A stretch of 64,000 nucleotides of DNA from an uncultured Armatimonadetes bacterium (GCA_963716175.1 OY970296.1:2272001-2336000); one strand, 5' to 3'; counted from the stretch's first letter, positions 28,462 through 39,136 are shown. Numbers and translations are program-made. Notes: generated by a model from the sequence alone, not told the origin.

Positions 28462-31170
28462 ATGCGCTCAAGTGTGGCTGCTCTGACGTTGGTGTTGATG
28501 CTCTGGACCGTCGGGAGATGCGCTCAGGGAGAAAGTGCGAACATGATGCTCAACGGGGATTTCGCAGTTGACTCTGATGGCGATGGAATGGCGGACCACT
28601 GGCAGTTTTCCGGCGACGCGAACGTCAAGGTCACGTGGGCGCGGGATGCAGGCGCACACGGGGGCTATTCCCAGAAGATCACGTGCACGCAGTTCGCGGT
28701 GAAGTCGCCGAGCAGCCACGCCATGCTCGCCCAGGTGAATGGCTTCGCCCTGCGCAGTGGGCAGTGGTACCGCCTGAGCTTCAACGCCAAGGGAGAGATT
28801 GCGAGCAAGGCGGTCAACGTCGGGATCAGTGACATGAGCATGTGGCAGTCGTGCGGGCTCAGCGACGTATTCCGGGTTCGGGCAGAATGGCGGCCACAGG
28901 AATTCATATTCCGCGCCAACCGCGATATCTCGACTGACATCCGCCTCCAGATCTGGTTCACCGAGGTCGGTTCACTCTGGATAGATGATGTGCGGCTGGA
29001 GGAGGTCCCCGCGGAATCAGCCGCGACCAGACGGCGATACACCGAAGTCGTGCCGAGCATCGGGTCGAGGAATCTGGTCCCGAACGGCAGCTTCGAATGC
29101 GGCACGAGCGGCTGGGGAAGCATCGCCCAAGGCGTCGATTGGGGTGACAGCGGGTTGATCGCATTGTTCGGCAGAATCGACAGCGAAGCACCCGAAGATG
29201 GGGCGAGCAGTTTCCGCATCGACATTGACAAGGCCACAGCACCCGTGCTCGCGTTCGATTACTTCGACGTCGAGCAGCGGCCGGTGTATATGGCGCTGGT
29301 GGCGAACCGCGGGTGGATCAGCGTGACGCGGGGGCAGGACTACACGCTTTCGGCGTATGTCAAAGCCGATCCCGCCGGCACACCCTGCGTGCTGGTGGCT
29401 CGCCAGGCCTTCGACGATCCCCAGGAGCGTGAGGTCGAGGCCACGGGCGACTGGCAGCGAGTCACCTTCACATTCAAGCCACAGGCGGACCAGATCTTTG
29501 TCGCGGTGGGGCCGGATCTGACGCATTCGCCCCTGCGGAAAGCGACGGTCTGGGTAGATGCGGTCCAGCTCGAGCAGGGCCCCGAGGCGACGCGGTACCA
29601 GCCGCGGTCGCCGGTGGAGGTCGGATTGGGATGGGAGCGCCCCGGTCATTCGTTTTCTTCGCCCCAGGAGGCGCGGGCGATCGTTAACGTGTATAACGCC
29701 GGAACCGCGGCGACGCGAGTTCGGGTGGAAGCAACCGTCACCGATTTCTTCGACAGGGAGGTGGCGAGGCCGCAGCTCGAGGTCGAGGCACCGGCAGGAC
29801 GAGGGGTGCAACAGGTCTTGAGGCTTGGGGTAGAGGACAAGGGCTTCTACCGGATCAAGTTGGAGGCCGATCCAGGAGTCGTGCTTCCCATCAATGCCGA
29901 ACGCTGGGGGGTGATCGACGCGCATCCAGATGCGGACGGCATCTTCGGGATGAACCATGCGTATGCGGCGCCCGAACTCCTCACACTCAGCAAAGAGATC
30001 GGTCTGACCTGGATGAGGGACTGGTCGCTGAAGTGGCAAGCAGTGGAGCCGGAGAGGGGAAGGTTCGACTTCTCCCGGATGGACTTCCAGATCGACCGGA
30101 TCGTCGAACATGGGCTCAACGTCGATGCGCTGCTTCCGTTCCCATCGAGCGACTGGAGCAGCAGCGCGCCGGCCGGCGTCCAGCCAAGCTACGACATGGG
30201 TGAGCATGCGCGGATGGCCTACAAGCCACGGGACCTCGACGAGTTCGCGGACTATGTGCGCGCGACTGTCAGGCGCTACGCGAGCCGCGTGCACGTGTGG
30301 GAGATACTCAACGAGCCGCTCTATACCGGCTACGCGCTCCCGCAAGCGACAGGACATACGGTTGAGGACTACGTGGCGCTGCTCAAGACCGCCTACCAGG
30401 CGATCAAGGAAGTGGACCCGAAGGCATTCGTCATCGGTGGTGTCGCCGACGATCCGGATGGGATCACCCAGGAGTTCATCCCGGCCGGCAGGCTGGACTG
30501 GTTGGACGGGATCAACATCCACATCTACCCGGTCATCCGCCAGCCAGAGAGCTATCTGAGCGGGCTGGAGAAGCTGAACGCGATGATGCGGACGATCGGG
30601 AAGCCGCGGCCCATCTACTTCACCGAGGGCTCGTACTATGGTGAGGACGACCTGCCGGTCCAGCCGTTCTCGCCCGGGGACCCGCTGATGAGGCCGCTCG
30701 ATAGCGAGCTCGAGTGCGCGTCGTACCAGACGAGGTTCAACATCATCTTGATGTCGCAGAACGTGAAGATGATCATCTATCACGCCGGCACCGGCGGGTC
30801 GCTGAACAACCCGTCCGTGGGTGGGATCTTCTTCGAGTGGGACGGCGCCCCGAGGAAGATGGCGATCTCGCAGTCCGTCATGACGTCGCTGTTCGGCGCC
30901 GACACCGCGTGCATTGGCTCGGCGTCCGATCAGGTGCGAAGCCTCGCCTTCCACTCGCGGGGCCGAACCGTGGTCGCGCTCTGGGACGAGAAGTACCAGC
31001 ATCTCGCGCTCGCTCCTCCCCACGGAGCAATGGTAGTTGACCTGGCGGGGGCCCAGGTGAAGAACACGCGCGTGATCCTCGACGAGATGCCGCATTACAT
31101 CATCTTCAGCGGGGAGATCTCGATCGAGCAGTTGCGGGATGCGTTGAGGGGGTGTATCGGCAAGGCGTGA
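28462..31170 (+). CDS. Secreted CBM4/9-like domains plus clan GH-A glycoside hydrolase
   Basis: Signal peptide; NGDF/NGSFE CBM starts; WEILNEP, NIHIY, YFTEG. Confidence 0.85.
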   Translation: MRSSVAALTLVLMLWTVGRCAQGESANMMLNGDFAVDSDGDGMADHWQFSGDANVKVTWARDAGAHGGYSQKITCTQFAVKSPSSHAMLAQVNGFALRSGQWYRLSFNAKGEIASKAVNVGISDMSMWQSCGLSDVFRVRAEWRPQEFIFRANRDISTDIRLQIWFTEVGSLWIDDVRLEEVPAESAATRRRYTEVVPSIGSRNLVPNGSFECGTSGWGSIAQGVDWGDSGLIALFGRIDSEAPEDGASSFRIDIDKATAPVLAFDYFDVEQRPVYMALVANRGWISVTRGQDYTLSAYVKADPAGTPCVLVARQAFDDPQEREVEATGDWQRVTFTFKPQADQIFVAVGPDLTHSPLRKATVWVDAVQLEQGPEATRYQPRSPVEVGLGWERPGHSFSSPQEARAIVNVYNAGTAATRVRVEATVTDFFDREVARPQLEVEAPAGRGVQQVLRLGVEDKGFYRIKLEADPGVVLPINAERWGVIDAHPDADGIFGMNHAYAAPELLTLSKEIGLTWMRDWSLKWQAVEPERGRFDFSRMDFQIDRIVEHGLNVDALLPFPSSDWSSSAPAGVQPSYDMGEHARMAYKPRDLDEFADYVRATVRRYASRVHVWEILNEPLYTGYALPQATGHTVEDYVALLKTAYQAIKEVDPKAFVIGGVADDPDGITQEFIPAGRLDWLDGINIHIYPVIRQPESYLSGLEKLNAMMRTIGKPRPIYFTEGSYYGEDDLPVQPFSPGDPLMRPLDSELECASYQTRFNIILMSQNVKMIIYHAGTGGSLNNPSVGGIFFEWDGAPRKMAISQSVMTSLFGADTACIGSASDQVRSLAFHSRGRTVVALWDEKYQHLALAPPHGAMVVDLAGAQVKNTRVILDEMPHYIIFSGEISIEQLRDALRGCIGKA

Positions 31171-31255
31171 CGAGGTGCGAGGAGGGCGCAAGCTTCCGCG
31201 CAGTGCCCACCAGCGACCGCCAACGCGCCGTCCGCCGAGTGCGGAGATCAGGAGG

Positions 31256-32568
31256 CTACCGGTCCGGCCTTTTCTCCCCGCGCGAAGTGCCGGCGCCGGC
31301 CTGGCCCGATTCCACCAGCTCACCCGTCGCGTCCCGGATTTTCGCAACCGCCTCGGCGAAGAGGTCCATGTCCTGCTGGCTGCCGAGGAGCACGGTCTGG
31401 GGGAGGGAGAGGAACTTGCCGGCATAGCCTTCGGCCACCGGGCAGCGCGTCCGCGTGTAGTCGAGTTCCTTCCCGTAGACCCTCAAGATGCCTGGGTCGA
31501 AACGTTTCTCCACGAACATCGGATGCTGGTGAAGCGCCCGCACTGCCGTGACCGCGCTGCAAGGAATGCCCTCCGCGGACAGGGCCTCGGCGAAGCGCGC
31601 CGCCGGCAGCCCTCCCAAGGCTTCCGCGTCGTAGTGCAGCGTCGGGTAGAGGTGGCTGAGCCGCGTCATGCGCGGGTCCCTAGTGGGGAAGCGCACTGCG
31701 GCGGTGACCCCGGCGAGCGCGGAGGCGAGATGGGCGGCATTCGCCTCTTTGACGCTGATCAGGTCGTCAAGCCTGCCAAATTGCGCTAGCACGATCGCTC
31801 CCGCGAACTCGGACATACGGAAGTTCCAGCCCATCTCCTCGAACCTGCCTATCTCATCCTGTCCGACCCGCTGCCCGAGCTTGCGACATTCGCGGCGAGC
31901 ACCTCGTCATTCGTCACGATCATCCCGCCTTCACCCGCGGTGAGCGACTTGTCCTGCTGAAAGCTGAACGCGCTCAGGTGTGCCGCGGCCGCCACCTTCC
32001 TGCCGCGCCATTCGCTACCATGGGCGTGGCAGGCGTCGCCGATCACCATCAGGTGGTGGCGCTGGGCGATCGCCATGATCGCGTCCATGTCGCAGGGGAT
32101 GCCCCCGCAGTGCACCGGCACGATCGCCTTTGTCCGTTCCGTGATCGCGGCCTCGATCGCAGCTGGGTCCAGGTTCAACCACTCGGCCTCGATATCCACG
32201 AACACCGGGATCGCGCCCAGAGCAAGCGCCGCGCTGGCAGTGGTGACGAAAGATCGAGGCGGCATGATCACCTCATCGCCGTGGCCGACGCCCGCCGCCG
32301 CATAGCTGATCAGCAGCGCCGCCGAGCCGCTATCCACCGCGATGCCGTACGCGCAGTCGTGGTAGGCCGCGTACGCCTGCTCCAACTGCGCCACCTTGGA
32401 CTCGCTGAAGTCCCTTCCCTTGCCCTCGAAGATGTAGGGCAAGGCGCACCAGCACCTGCTCTCGAGGACCTCCCGCACCCCCTGGAGTTCCCGCTCATCG
32501 TAGATCGGCCATACCGGCCAGCTTCCCGTCCTGACCGGCTCTCCACCTCGGATTGCGAGCTTCGCCAT
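31256..32568 (-). CDS. DegT/DnrJ/EryC1/StrS aminotransferase, frameshifted near 31889
   Basis: DSGSAAL, PVFVDI, DACHAHG, FSFQQDKSLTAGEGG, then GWNFRMSE in another frame; adding one A restores continuity. Confidence 0.85.
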
Positions 32569-32592
32569 CACCGCCCTCCCTATCGCCATTGT

Positions 32593-32796
32593 CGGGTTCC
32601 ATCCCAGGCTAGCATCCCCTTTCGTGCTCCTCTCGGAGGCAACGATATGGCCGGGCTGCGCAGTGGTTCAGCCGCACCCGTGCCCTGCTGCATCATCCAT
32701 GCCTCCCAGAACAGGGGTATGCGTGAGGGGAGAGAATAGCACGAGATGGGCGGCAGGGGCGGTCTGGGTGCCAGATGAGTCTCTCGACGGCACGCG
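32593..32796 (+). repeat. Dispersed intergenic element, copy 7 (hairpin mostly lost)
   Basis: GCCTCCCAGAACAGGG..GAGAATAGCACGAG..CCAGATGAGTCTCTCGACGGCACGCG aligns with copies 1-3; only GGGTTCCATC of the hairpin remains. Confidence 0.7.
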
Positions 32797-32917
32797 CTCG
32801 TCGGGTTCGCCCTAATGGCGTTCGCACAAAGAAGCAATGTGCCAACGCCGCTCTGGGCCCGTCTGAGCAGTTGCCTGAGCTTCGCCCCCTTACTTCTTTG
32901 GGCGAAGCTCAGTAGTC

Positions 32918-33365
32918 GTGACGCGATGGAATGGTGCTGAGGTGCTCGGCATGTCCGTGGATGCCGACTTCGGGCGCGGCCGCATCGGCACCGGCAGCTT
33001 CGCCGTGGGCCTTGCCGTCGAGGACTTGGATGCTGGCGGCAGATTGGAGGTGGTCACAGGCGAGGAGACGGGCGGCCGCCAGCAGATCACCTGGTATCAG
33101 CCCAGGACCGACCTCCGCCATCCCTGGCAGCGTCACATCGTAGACCTCGAGTGTGACGGCTCGGCGCATGACATCCTGTTCGCAGACATGGACGGCGATG
33201 GACGCCGAGAGCTGGTCGCCAACGCCGCTTACTGTGACTCGCCCGGCCTGTTCATCTACAAGCCCGGCGCTGATCTGGCTGCTCCCTGGAACAAGCATGC
33301 TGTCGACCGAGGCGTCTTCGCTGAGGGTGTGTCCATGGGGGACCTCGACGGCGATGGCGCTGTAC
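32918..33365 (+). pseudogene. FG-GAP/VCBS repeat protein fragment
   Basis: DLDAGGRLEVV, ADMDGDGRRELV, GDLDGDG, then abrupt loss of similarity. Confidence 0.65.
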
Positions 33366-33437
33366 CGTGCGGCCGAGGGAGCAGAAGGGGAAAGCGGCGC
33401 AACAGTGTACTGGTGGAACTGGTGGGAGCATTTCTGG

Positions 33438-33977
33438 ATGCTCGGATGCGAACGTCATTTCGTCAGGCTGATCCCATACCAGTCCGACTGGGCCGAGCTG
33501 TTCCAACAGGAGGCTCTGGCGCTGAGACGCGCCATTGGCGACCAGACCGTGCGCATTGAGCATGTCGGCAGCACCGCCATTCCGGGCCTGGACGCAAAGC
33601 CAATCCTAGACATCGTGGTTGCCGTGCGAGACATGGCAGACGCGACGGCATTCGAGGAGTCGCTCCTGCCGCTCGGCTATGTCCACAAGGCTGAGAACGA
33701 CCGGCCTGGGCGGCTCTACTTCGTGAAGCGCACGGCGGATAACAGGTCAACCCACCACCTCAACATCACCGAACTCGGCACCGAATGCTGGTTCACCCAT
33801 GTGGCGTTCCGAGACTACCTGCGTTCCCATCCCAAAGCGCGGGACGGGTACCAGGGGCTCAAGCGCGAACTGGCGTCCCGACACCAGCATGATCGAGCGG
33901 CGTACCAGGACGGCAAGGCGGAGTTCATCGAGCACGTCCTCTCGCTCGCTGGCGAGGGACGTATCCTGACTACCTGA
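33438..33977 (+). CDS. GrpB family nucleotidyltransferase-fold protein
   Basis: IEHVGSTAIPGLDAKPILDI, FRDYLRSHP, Y..LK..LA, Y..GK..FI. Confidence 0.92.
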   Translation: MLGCERHFVRLIPYQSDWAELFQQEALALRRAIGDQTVRIEHVGSTAIPGLDAKPILDIVVAVRDMADATAFEESLLPLGYVHKAENDRPGRLYFVKRTADNRSTHHLNITELGTECWFTHVAFRDYLRSHPKARDGYQGLKRELASRHQHDRAAYQDGKAEFIEHVLSLAGEGRILTT

Positions 33978-34045
33978 TCGTGAACCTCGCCCCCTACTAC
34001 TGATCGGTGGGACGGCCGCCGGTCGCGGCTTTCCGCGCCACGATG

Positions 34046-34570
34046 CTAAGCGCTCCGCGGGTCGTTCCGGTACTCCTCCGGAAGCTCCACGCCGAACCGC
34101 TGGCGCAGCAATCGCATCTCCCGGAAGTCCTTATCGCTTGGCTCATAGCCGGTGTGGCAGAGCATCTGGGCTTCTGGCGTCAGGCATCGCACTTCTCGAT
34201 CAGCCACTCTGCCTGTGCCCCGGAAACCGGCAGCCGGATACACCCAGTCCTCGCCATTCAGCATGCGGTAGACCCCGTTGCCCTCTTCGTCAAACCGTAC
34301 TGGATGAACGTCAACCTCCCGCCCCTGCGAATCCTTGAGGACGAAGTTCGAGGCCGGGCAACCATCAGCCAGCTCGAACCCGCGGTGGCCAAGTACGCTG
34401 ATCATCGCTGGAACATCGTCGACGCGGACGATGATGTCCACGTCCTTGTGCGGCCGCGTCTGCTCACCGAGCAGGGCATCGACTCCCCAGCCGCCGTCCA
34501 GCCACACCTCGATCTCGGACGATTCCAGGAGATCGACTACGGCAATCAGGTCGTGACTCTCCATTGTCAC
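34046..34570 (-). CDS. Aminoglycoside/lincosamide nucleotidyltransferase-like protein (ANT(2'')/Lnu(A)-like)
   Basis: WLDGGWGVDALLGEQTRPHKDVDI, VDVHP, HTGY. Confidence 0.85.
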   Translation of the reverse strand: MTMESHDLIAVVDLLESSEIEVWLDGGWGVDALLGEQTRPHKDVDIIVRVDDVPAMISVLGHRGFELADGCPASNFVLKDSQGREVDVHPVRFDEEGNGVYRMLNGEDWVYPAAGFRGTGRVADREVRCLTPEAQMLCHTGYEPSDKDFREMRLLRQRFGVELPEEYRNDPRSA

Positions 34571-35568
34571 GGCACCTCACCCTGCTGCGGCCATCCCCAT
34601 CGGTCCCAGATCCATCCGTCCAGCCAGTCGTATCCGGCTCGTTCCGCCAGCCTGCCGCGGGCCTCGACTCTGTCGAACCAGTTGGGATTCTCCCAGGCCT
34701 TCTCGCTCGTGGCGGCGAACGAGAAGGTGAGCATATCAGCCGTCAGCATCCCGCTTTCGAGAATCTCTCTGGTGAGCATCTGCACGATCCGGTCGATGGC
34801 CGCAGACTTCTCCGACCAGTCCGCATCCGACCCCACGGTCTCAAACTCGCCAATCAGATCCCCAGGGACGGCCGGCAACTCCTTGAGCATCCGGGGGAAG
34901 CAACGCCGCCACGAGTAGTACTGCCTGTTGGTCAGGAAGGCGATGCGGAAGAGCTTCGGGAGGATGTCTCCGAGGATCATGTGCGCTTCCAGCGGCTGGT
35001 TGCGGCGCACGGCTTTCTCCAGGGCCTCTGGCTCGCCGGCAAGGTCCACAAGCTCGCCTAGCACGCCCTTGGCCCACAGCCGCGGCGGATAGCGATCGGG
35101 AGCGGTGAGCCCTCTGAGTCGAGTCAGGACCTCGTGCGCATCGCAAAGAGGCGGGTGAATCTGCAGTTGGAGCAACTCCTCCATGCTGACCTCTTCCCAC
35201 GGCACGTCCTTCTCGCCCGCCAGCACGGACTCGGCCTGCCCACAGAGTAGTTCGGCCCACGAGTGCACACTGATCTCCGAGTGTCTGAAATCTGGCCAGG
35301 TGTAGGGATCTCTTGAGAACCCGGAATAGGGATGGGCGAGGAATGGTTCCAGCTTGTGGAGCAGCGTCAACTGCAACTGCCCGCCCCGCTCCTTCCACAG
35401 CTTCTCCGGCAGGAAGAGCGTGGTATCCAGGTCGGACAGCTCATCATCTAATCCGAATCCGAAAGAGCCCTCGACGCGGATGCTCATCTCCGACACCAGC
35501 TCCGGGTGCTCCCGCGCGATCAGTGGGAGCACCTTCTCCTCGAAGTAAGCTTCGAAGCCCCGCCTCAT
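34567..35568 (-). CDS. DUF4037-like nucleotidyltransferase-fold protein
   Basis: GSFGFGLDDELSDLD, FLTNRQYY. Confidence 0.75.
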   Translation of the reverse strand: MRRGFEAYFEEKVLPLIAREHPELVSEMSIRVEGSFGFGLDDELSDLDTTLFLPEKLWKERGGQLQLTLLHKLEPFLAHPYSGFSRDPYTWPDFRHSEISVHSWAELLCGQAESVLAGEKDVPWEEVSMEELLQLQIHPPLCDAHEVLTRLRGLTAPDRYPPRLWAKGVLGELVDLAGEPEALEKAVRRNQPLEAHMILGDILPKLFRIAFLTNRQYYSWRRCFPRMLKELPAVPGDLIGEFETVGSDADWSEKSAAIDRIVQMLTREILESGMLTADMLTFSFAATSEKAWENPNWFDRVEARGRLAERAGYDWLDGWIWDRWGWPQQGEVP

Positions 35569-35636
35569 CGCATTTCCCCTCCCCTTCCGCAGTTGCCATG
35601 CCGCGGCATATACGGGCAGCGCCCAATCACCACAGA

Positions 35637-36482
35637 TCACGCGCGCTTGAAGATCGAGAAGATGTGCGGAACGCGATAGCTTTCAGCAGCGTGCTGCTCA
35701 ACGACTCCAAAGCCAGCATTTCGAAATGCAGTCTGCAGCGTGTGCGGGTCGAATTGCTGTTCTTCCTCATAGTAGGAATCCAGAATCACATCGCTTGGGA
35801 TGTCTGCAGGCAAGAGGTCTGTCGCCACTCGCTCTTGCTGGCGCAGGGATGAGTCTCCAAGCAGTTGCTGCCCGAACCGGGTGTTGGCGTGGAGTTCGTA
35901 TCGCTCAGTGCGAATGCGGTAGGGATCTGTCAGATAGTGCACGACCTGCAGTACCAACGGCCGGAGGTCGCGTCGCAGACAACGCTCGACGCGCGGCGCG
36001 CCTTCCGACAAACGGTATCGGAAGTCCTGTTCGATGGAAACGGTTACCGCTCCGGGGACCGCCACTCGCGCCATCTCTGACAGTACGCATGAGGGATCGG
36101 CGATGCTACCAAGACTTCCGCAGGCTGCCAACCCATCGAACGTCCGATCAGGGAACGGTAGTGCTTCGCCCACTCCACGTATCAGAAAGACGTTACCGAG
36201 CCCGAGGATGGTGGCATTCACGGCAGCCCGGGCGAGCATACCTGGCGAGATGTCCAACCCGACAGCCACACCGACTCTGGGAGCGACCAAGACAAGCGGG
36301 AAGCCGGGGCCGCAGCCGACATCGAGGACGAGCTTACGCCCGGCGAGCGCGGCCGTGAAGAAAGTGGCCTCGCGCTGGCCGTCCGGCGCAAGCGCTATCT
36401 CACCAGCATCGTTCAACAACGCGTCGTACCTGCCGGCCCTCGCCATCCAGTCATAGCTTTCCCAGGCGGGTCGAGTTCTCAA
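35637..36482 (-). CDS. Class I SAM-dependent methyltransferase
   Basis: VLDVGCGPG, GLDISPGML, LPFPDRTFD. Confidence 0.88.
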   Translation of the reverse strand: MRTRPAWESYDWMARAGRYDALLNDAGEIALAPDGQREATFFTAALAGRKLVLDVGCGPGFPLVLVAPRVGVAVGLDISPGMLARAAVNATILGLGNVFLIRGVGEALPFPDRTFDGLAACGSLGSIADPSCVLSEMARVAVPGAVTVSIEQDFRYRLSEGAPRVERCLRRDLRPLVLQVVHYLTDPYRIRTERYELHANTRFGQQLLGDSSLRQQERVATDLLPADIPSDVILDSYYEEEQQFDPHTLQTAFRNAGFGVVEQHAAESYRVPHIFSIFKRA

Positions 36483-36916
36483 GGTTCCTTCTCGACCAAG
36501 TCGATTTCAAGCTGTACCCCTACCATCTCCGCGCCCATGCTCCCGTACAGCGCCTTTGCGGCGTCGTTGTCCTGCTCGGTGTTGATGTGAAACTCGCCCA
36601 CCCCGCGCTGCTTCGCCCGACGCATTGCCTCGCCAACAAGCTGCCTGCCAATGCCTTGCCGGCGCATATCCTCGCGGACCACCAAGCCGAGGAGTTCGCC
36701 AGCCAGCGCGCCATGCGAGAGGTCGTGATAGGTCAGCAGATGGGCGAGGCCCACTACCGAGCCGCCGGCCTCAGCGACGACGAGGTCATGGTCCGAGCTG
36801 GCAAGCACCGCTTCGAACGAAGCTCGACGATCGGCCTCGACAAGGACCAGTTGGGTCTCCAGCTCAGCGATTGCGGGGTAATCTTCCAACGCTGCCATGC
36901 GTAGCGAGATGCCCAT
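36479..36916 (-). CDS. GNAT family N-acetyltransferase
   Basis: RRQGIGRQL, N..AKALY. Confidence 0.88.
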   Translation of the reverse strand: MGISLRMAALEDYPAIAELETQLVLVEADRRASFEAVLASSDHDLVVAEAGGSVVGLAHLLTYHDLSHGALAGELLGLVVREDMRRQGIGRQLVGEAMRRAKQRGVGEFHINTEQDNDAAKALYGSMGAEMVGVQLEIDLVEKEP

Positions 36917-36929
36917 TTCGCCACTCCCT

Positions 36930-37372
36930 TCCGGGTGCAGATCAGCTCGGGATGATAGAGGCCATCCGGATAGCCTGCCGTGACTCTCCTCACGGGGTCG
37001 GCAATGTACTGCCCATACTCATAGCACCAGGCCCAAGGGCCCCGTGCTGTCACATCGGCAAGAAGCGCGGTTCTCGCCTGTCTGTGAGGTATCTGGCCGA
37101 ACCCCGTGGTCTGTTTGGCGATGGCGCGGGCGAAAAAGACCGCCATCTGCCCCCGGTCCACGGTGAACTCGGGATGGTAGCAGCCATCAGGATACCCCCC
37201 AACTGCGCCCGCTGTCGGCCACCCAGCAAGTCCCGTCCGCTCGGTTGACCGAGAGGAACCTGGGGCAGGCAAACAGGCTGCGCCACGTCTCCGGCACTTG
37301 CTCTGCAGCAGTTACCGGGACCGCGGAACTGAGAAGAAGCATGGGAAGATACAGCCACAGGCGCGCTTTCAT
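36930..37372 (-). pseudogene. Internally deleted S-layer-homology (SLH) protein remnant
   Basis: Signal peptide and VN..DGTCWVAD start joined out of frame to GYPDGCYHPEFTVDRGQMAVFFARA and GYPDGLYHP. Confidence 0.7.
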
Positions 37373-37403
37373 CGGACCTGCCCCCCTATCCGCCGAATCT
37401 GAC

Positions 37404-37533
37404 TAGAAGCTGTTTCATAACCTTCCCAGGGAAGGTTATGAAACAGCACCGCACAACGTCAGGCAGTGGCCGGCGCATTTCATGCGAGGGCGTGGTGCGG
37501 CCAGCCAGCAGGTAGGTTATGAAATGCGCTCTA
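37404..37533 (+). mobile_element. 130-bp MITE, copy 1
   Basis: Imperfect TIRs TAGAAGCTGTTTCATAACC / GGTTATGAAATGCGCTCTA, TA at both ends, near-identical to the other two copies. Confidence 0.88.
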
Positions 37534-37646
37534 CCCACATGATGGAGAGCGACAGCTCGACACAGGGCAAGAAGCTGGTTCTGGCGAATCAGGCCAGGTC
37601 CCTGCCGCACAGGGCTCTCAGTCTATCTCAAAGGGAAGGAGACGCC

Positions 37647-38658
37647 TTGCCTGAGAGAGCCGTTGTGGTTGGTGCCGGTGGCATCTCCGGCGCTTGGTTC
37701 CCACCCCTGATCGAGGAGGGAGTCCGGATCGCGGCCGTGGTTGACCTGAGAATCGAGGCCGCCCAAGAGAAGATCAGGCACTACCAGCTGGATGCTGAGG
37801 CCTCGACCGATCTGGCGGTCACCCCTGAAGCGCACGCGGCCGCACTTCGTGGTGGACTTAACCGTTCCCGAGGCCCACTGCGGGGTCACCTGCACGGCCC
37901 TGCGCGCCGGCTGCCACGTGATCGGCGAGAAGCCCATGGCCTCCAGCATGGCCGAGGCCCGGGAGATGGTCCGTACCGCGGAGGAGACGGGCAAGCTCTA
38001 CATGGTGAGCCAGACGCGGCGGTGGGACGCCAAACATGACCGCGCGCGGCGGGCGCTAGCCGCAGGGACCGTCGGTTCGGTCACGACCATCAACTGCGAC
38101 TTCTACCTCGGGGCCCACTTCGGGGGCTTCCGGGATGAAATGCCAAGCCCATTGATCCTGGATATGGCGATTCATCACTTCGACCTGGCGAGGTTCATGA
38201 CTGGGCTGGACCCGGTGGCGGTCTATGCCAGGGAATCCAGCCCAGTGGGCTCCTGGTACCGAGGCAGCGCGGCCGCGAGCTGCATCTTCGAGATGAGCAA
38301 CGGCGCCATCTTCACCTACCGGGGCAGTTGGTGCGCTGAGGGCTTCCCCACCAGTTGGAACGGTGACTGGCGGATCATCGGCGAGCGCGGTACGCTCCTC
38401 TATGAGCGAGACGAAGAGCCGCGCGCCCAAGTGGTAGCCGGCGATACCGGCTTCCAGCGCCCGCTCGGAGAAGCAGCGATACCGGCATCTCCGCTCAAGT
38501 TCACTGGCTGGCACGGCGCGCTGCGGGAGATGCTTGCCTTCCTTCGCACCGGCGAGAGGCCGCAGACCGAATGCCACGGCAACATCAAGTCTCTTGCCAT
38601 GGTGTTCGCGGCCATTGAGAGTTCAGGAGCGGGCCAGCGTGTGCCCGTCGCGGTCTGA
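37647..38658 (+). CDS. Gfo/Idh/MocA oxidoreductase, frameshifted near 37823
   Basis: VVVGAGGI in one frame; GEKPMA and DMAIHHFD in the next; one extra C in ACCCCTG. Confidence 0.85.
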
Positions 38659-38679
38659 CGGCGGACATGGAGGTGGCTG

Positions 38680-39009
38680 ATGGTTGATATCGCACTGCCT
38701 CTTGCTATCCTGGATAGCCTGGCGGACCCGATACTGGTGGCCGACACAGAGCACATGACCCGATACATGAACGCGGCCGCGGCCAAACACTACCCCGGTG
38801 GCGAAAGCCTGATCGGCCAATCGCTTCTCGATTGCCACACACCCAAGTCCCAGCAGATCATCCGGGAGGTGCTGGCGGCGATGCAGGCAGGTGAGAACGA
38901 GCGCCTGATCAGCGACCGAGACGGGCGCCGCCACTACATGATCGCGGTGCGCAGCCGGGAGGGCCGCCTTCTTGGCTACTACGAGCGCCTCGTGCCGGCC
39001 GGAGACTAG
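38680..39009 (+). CDS. Stand-alone PAS-domain protein
   Basis: ILDSLADPILVAD..YMNAAA..LIGQSLLDCH..GRLLGYYE. Confidence 0.85.
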   Translation: MVDIALPLAILDSLADPILVADTEHMTRYMNAAAAKHYPGGESLIGQSLLDCHTPKSQQIIREVLAAMQAGENERLISDRDGRRHYMIAVRSREGRLLGYYERLVPAGD

Positions 39010-39136
39010 AAGCTGTTTCATAACCTTCCCAGGGGAGGTTATGAAACAGCACTGCACAACGTCAGGCAGTGGCAGGCGCATTTCATGCGAGGGCGTGGTG
39101 CGGCCAGCCAGCAGGTAGGTTATGAAATGCGCTCTA
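39007..39136 (+). mobile_element. 130-bp MITE, copy 2
   Basis: Same sequence; sits in a CTAG shared by two convergent stop codons. Confidence 0.88.

Noticed and set aside
29017-31425. Long antisense ORFs (also 45316-47028, 52124-53815, 58656-59906, 60803-62017)
   Set aside because: Shadow frames of well-supported genes in high-GC DNA
31885-37827. Programmed frameshifting in degT and the Gfo gene
   Set aside because: Single-base indels in short homopolymers with no slippery site; more likely sequencing error or recent mutation
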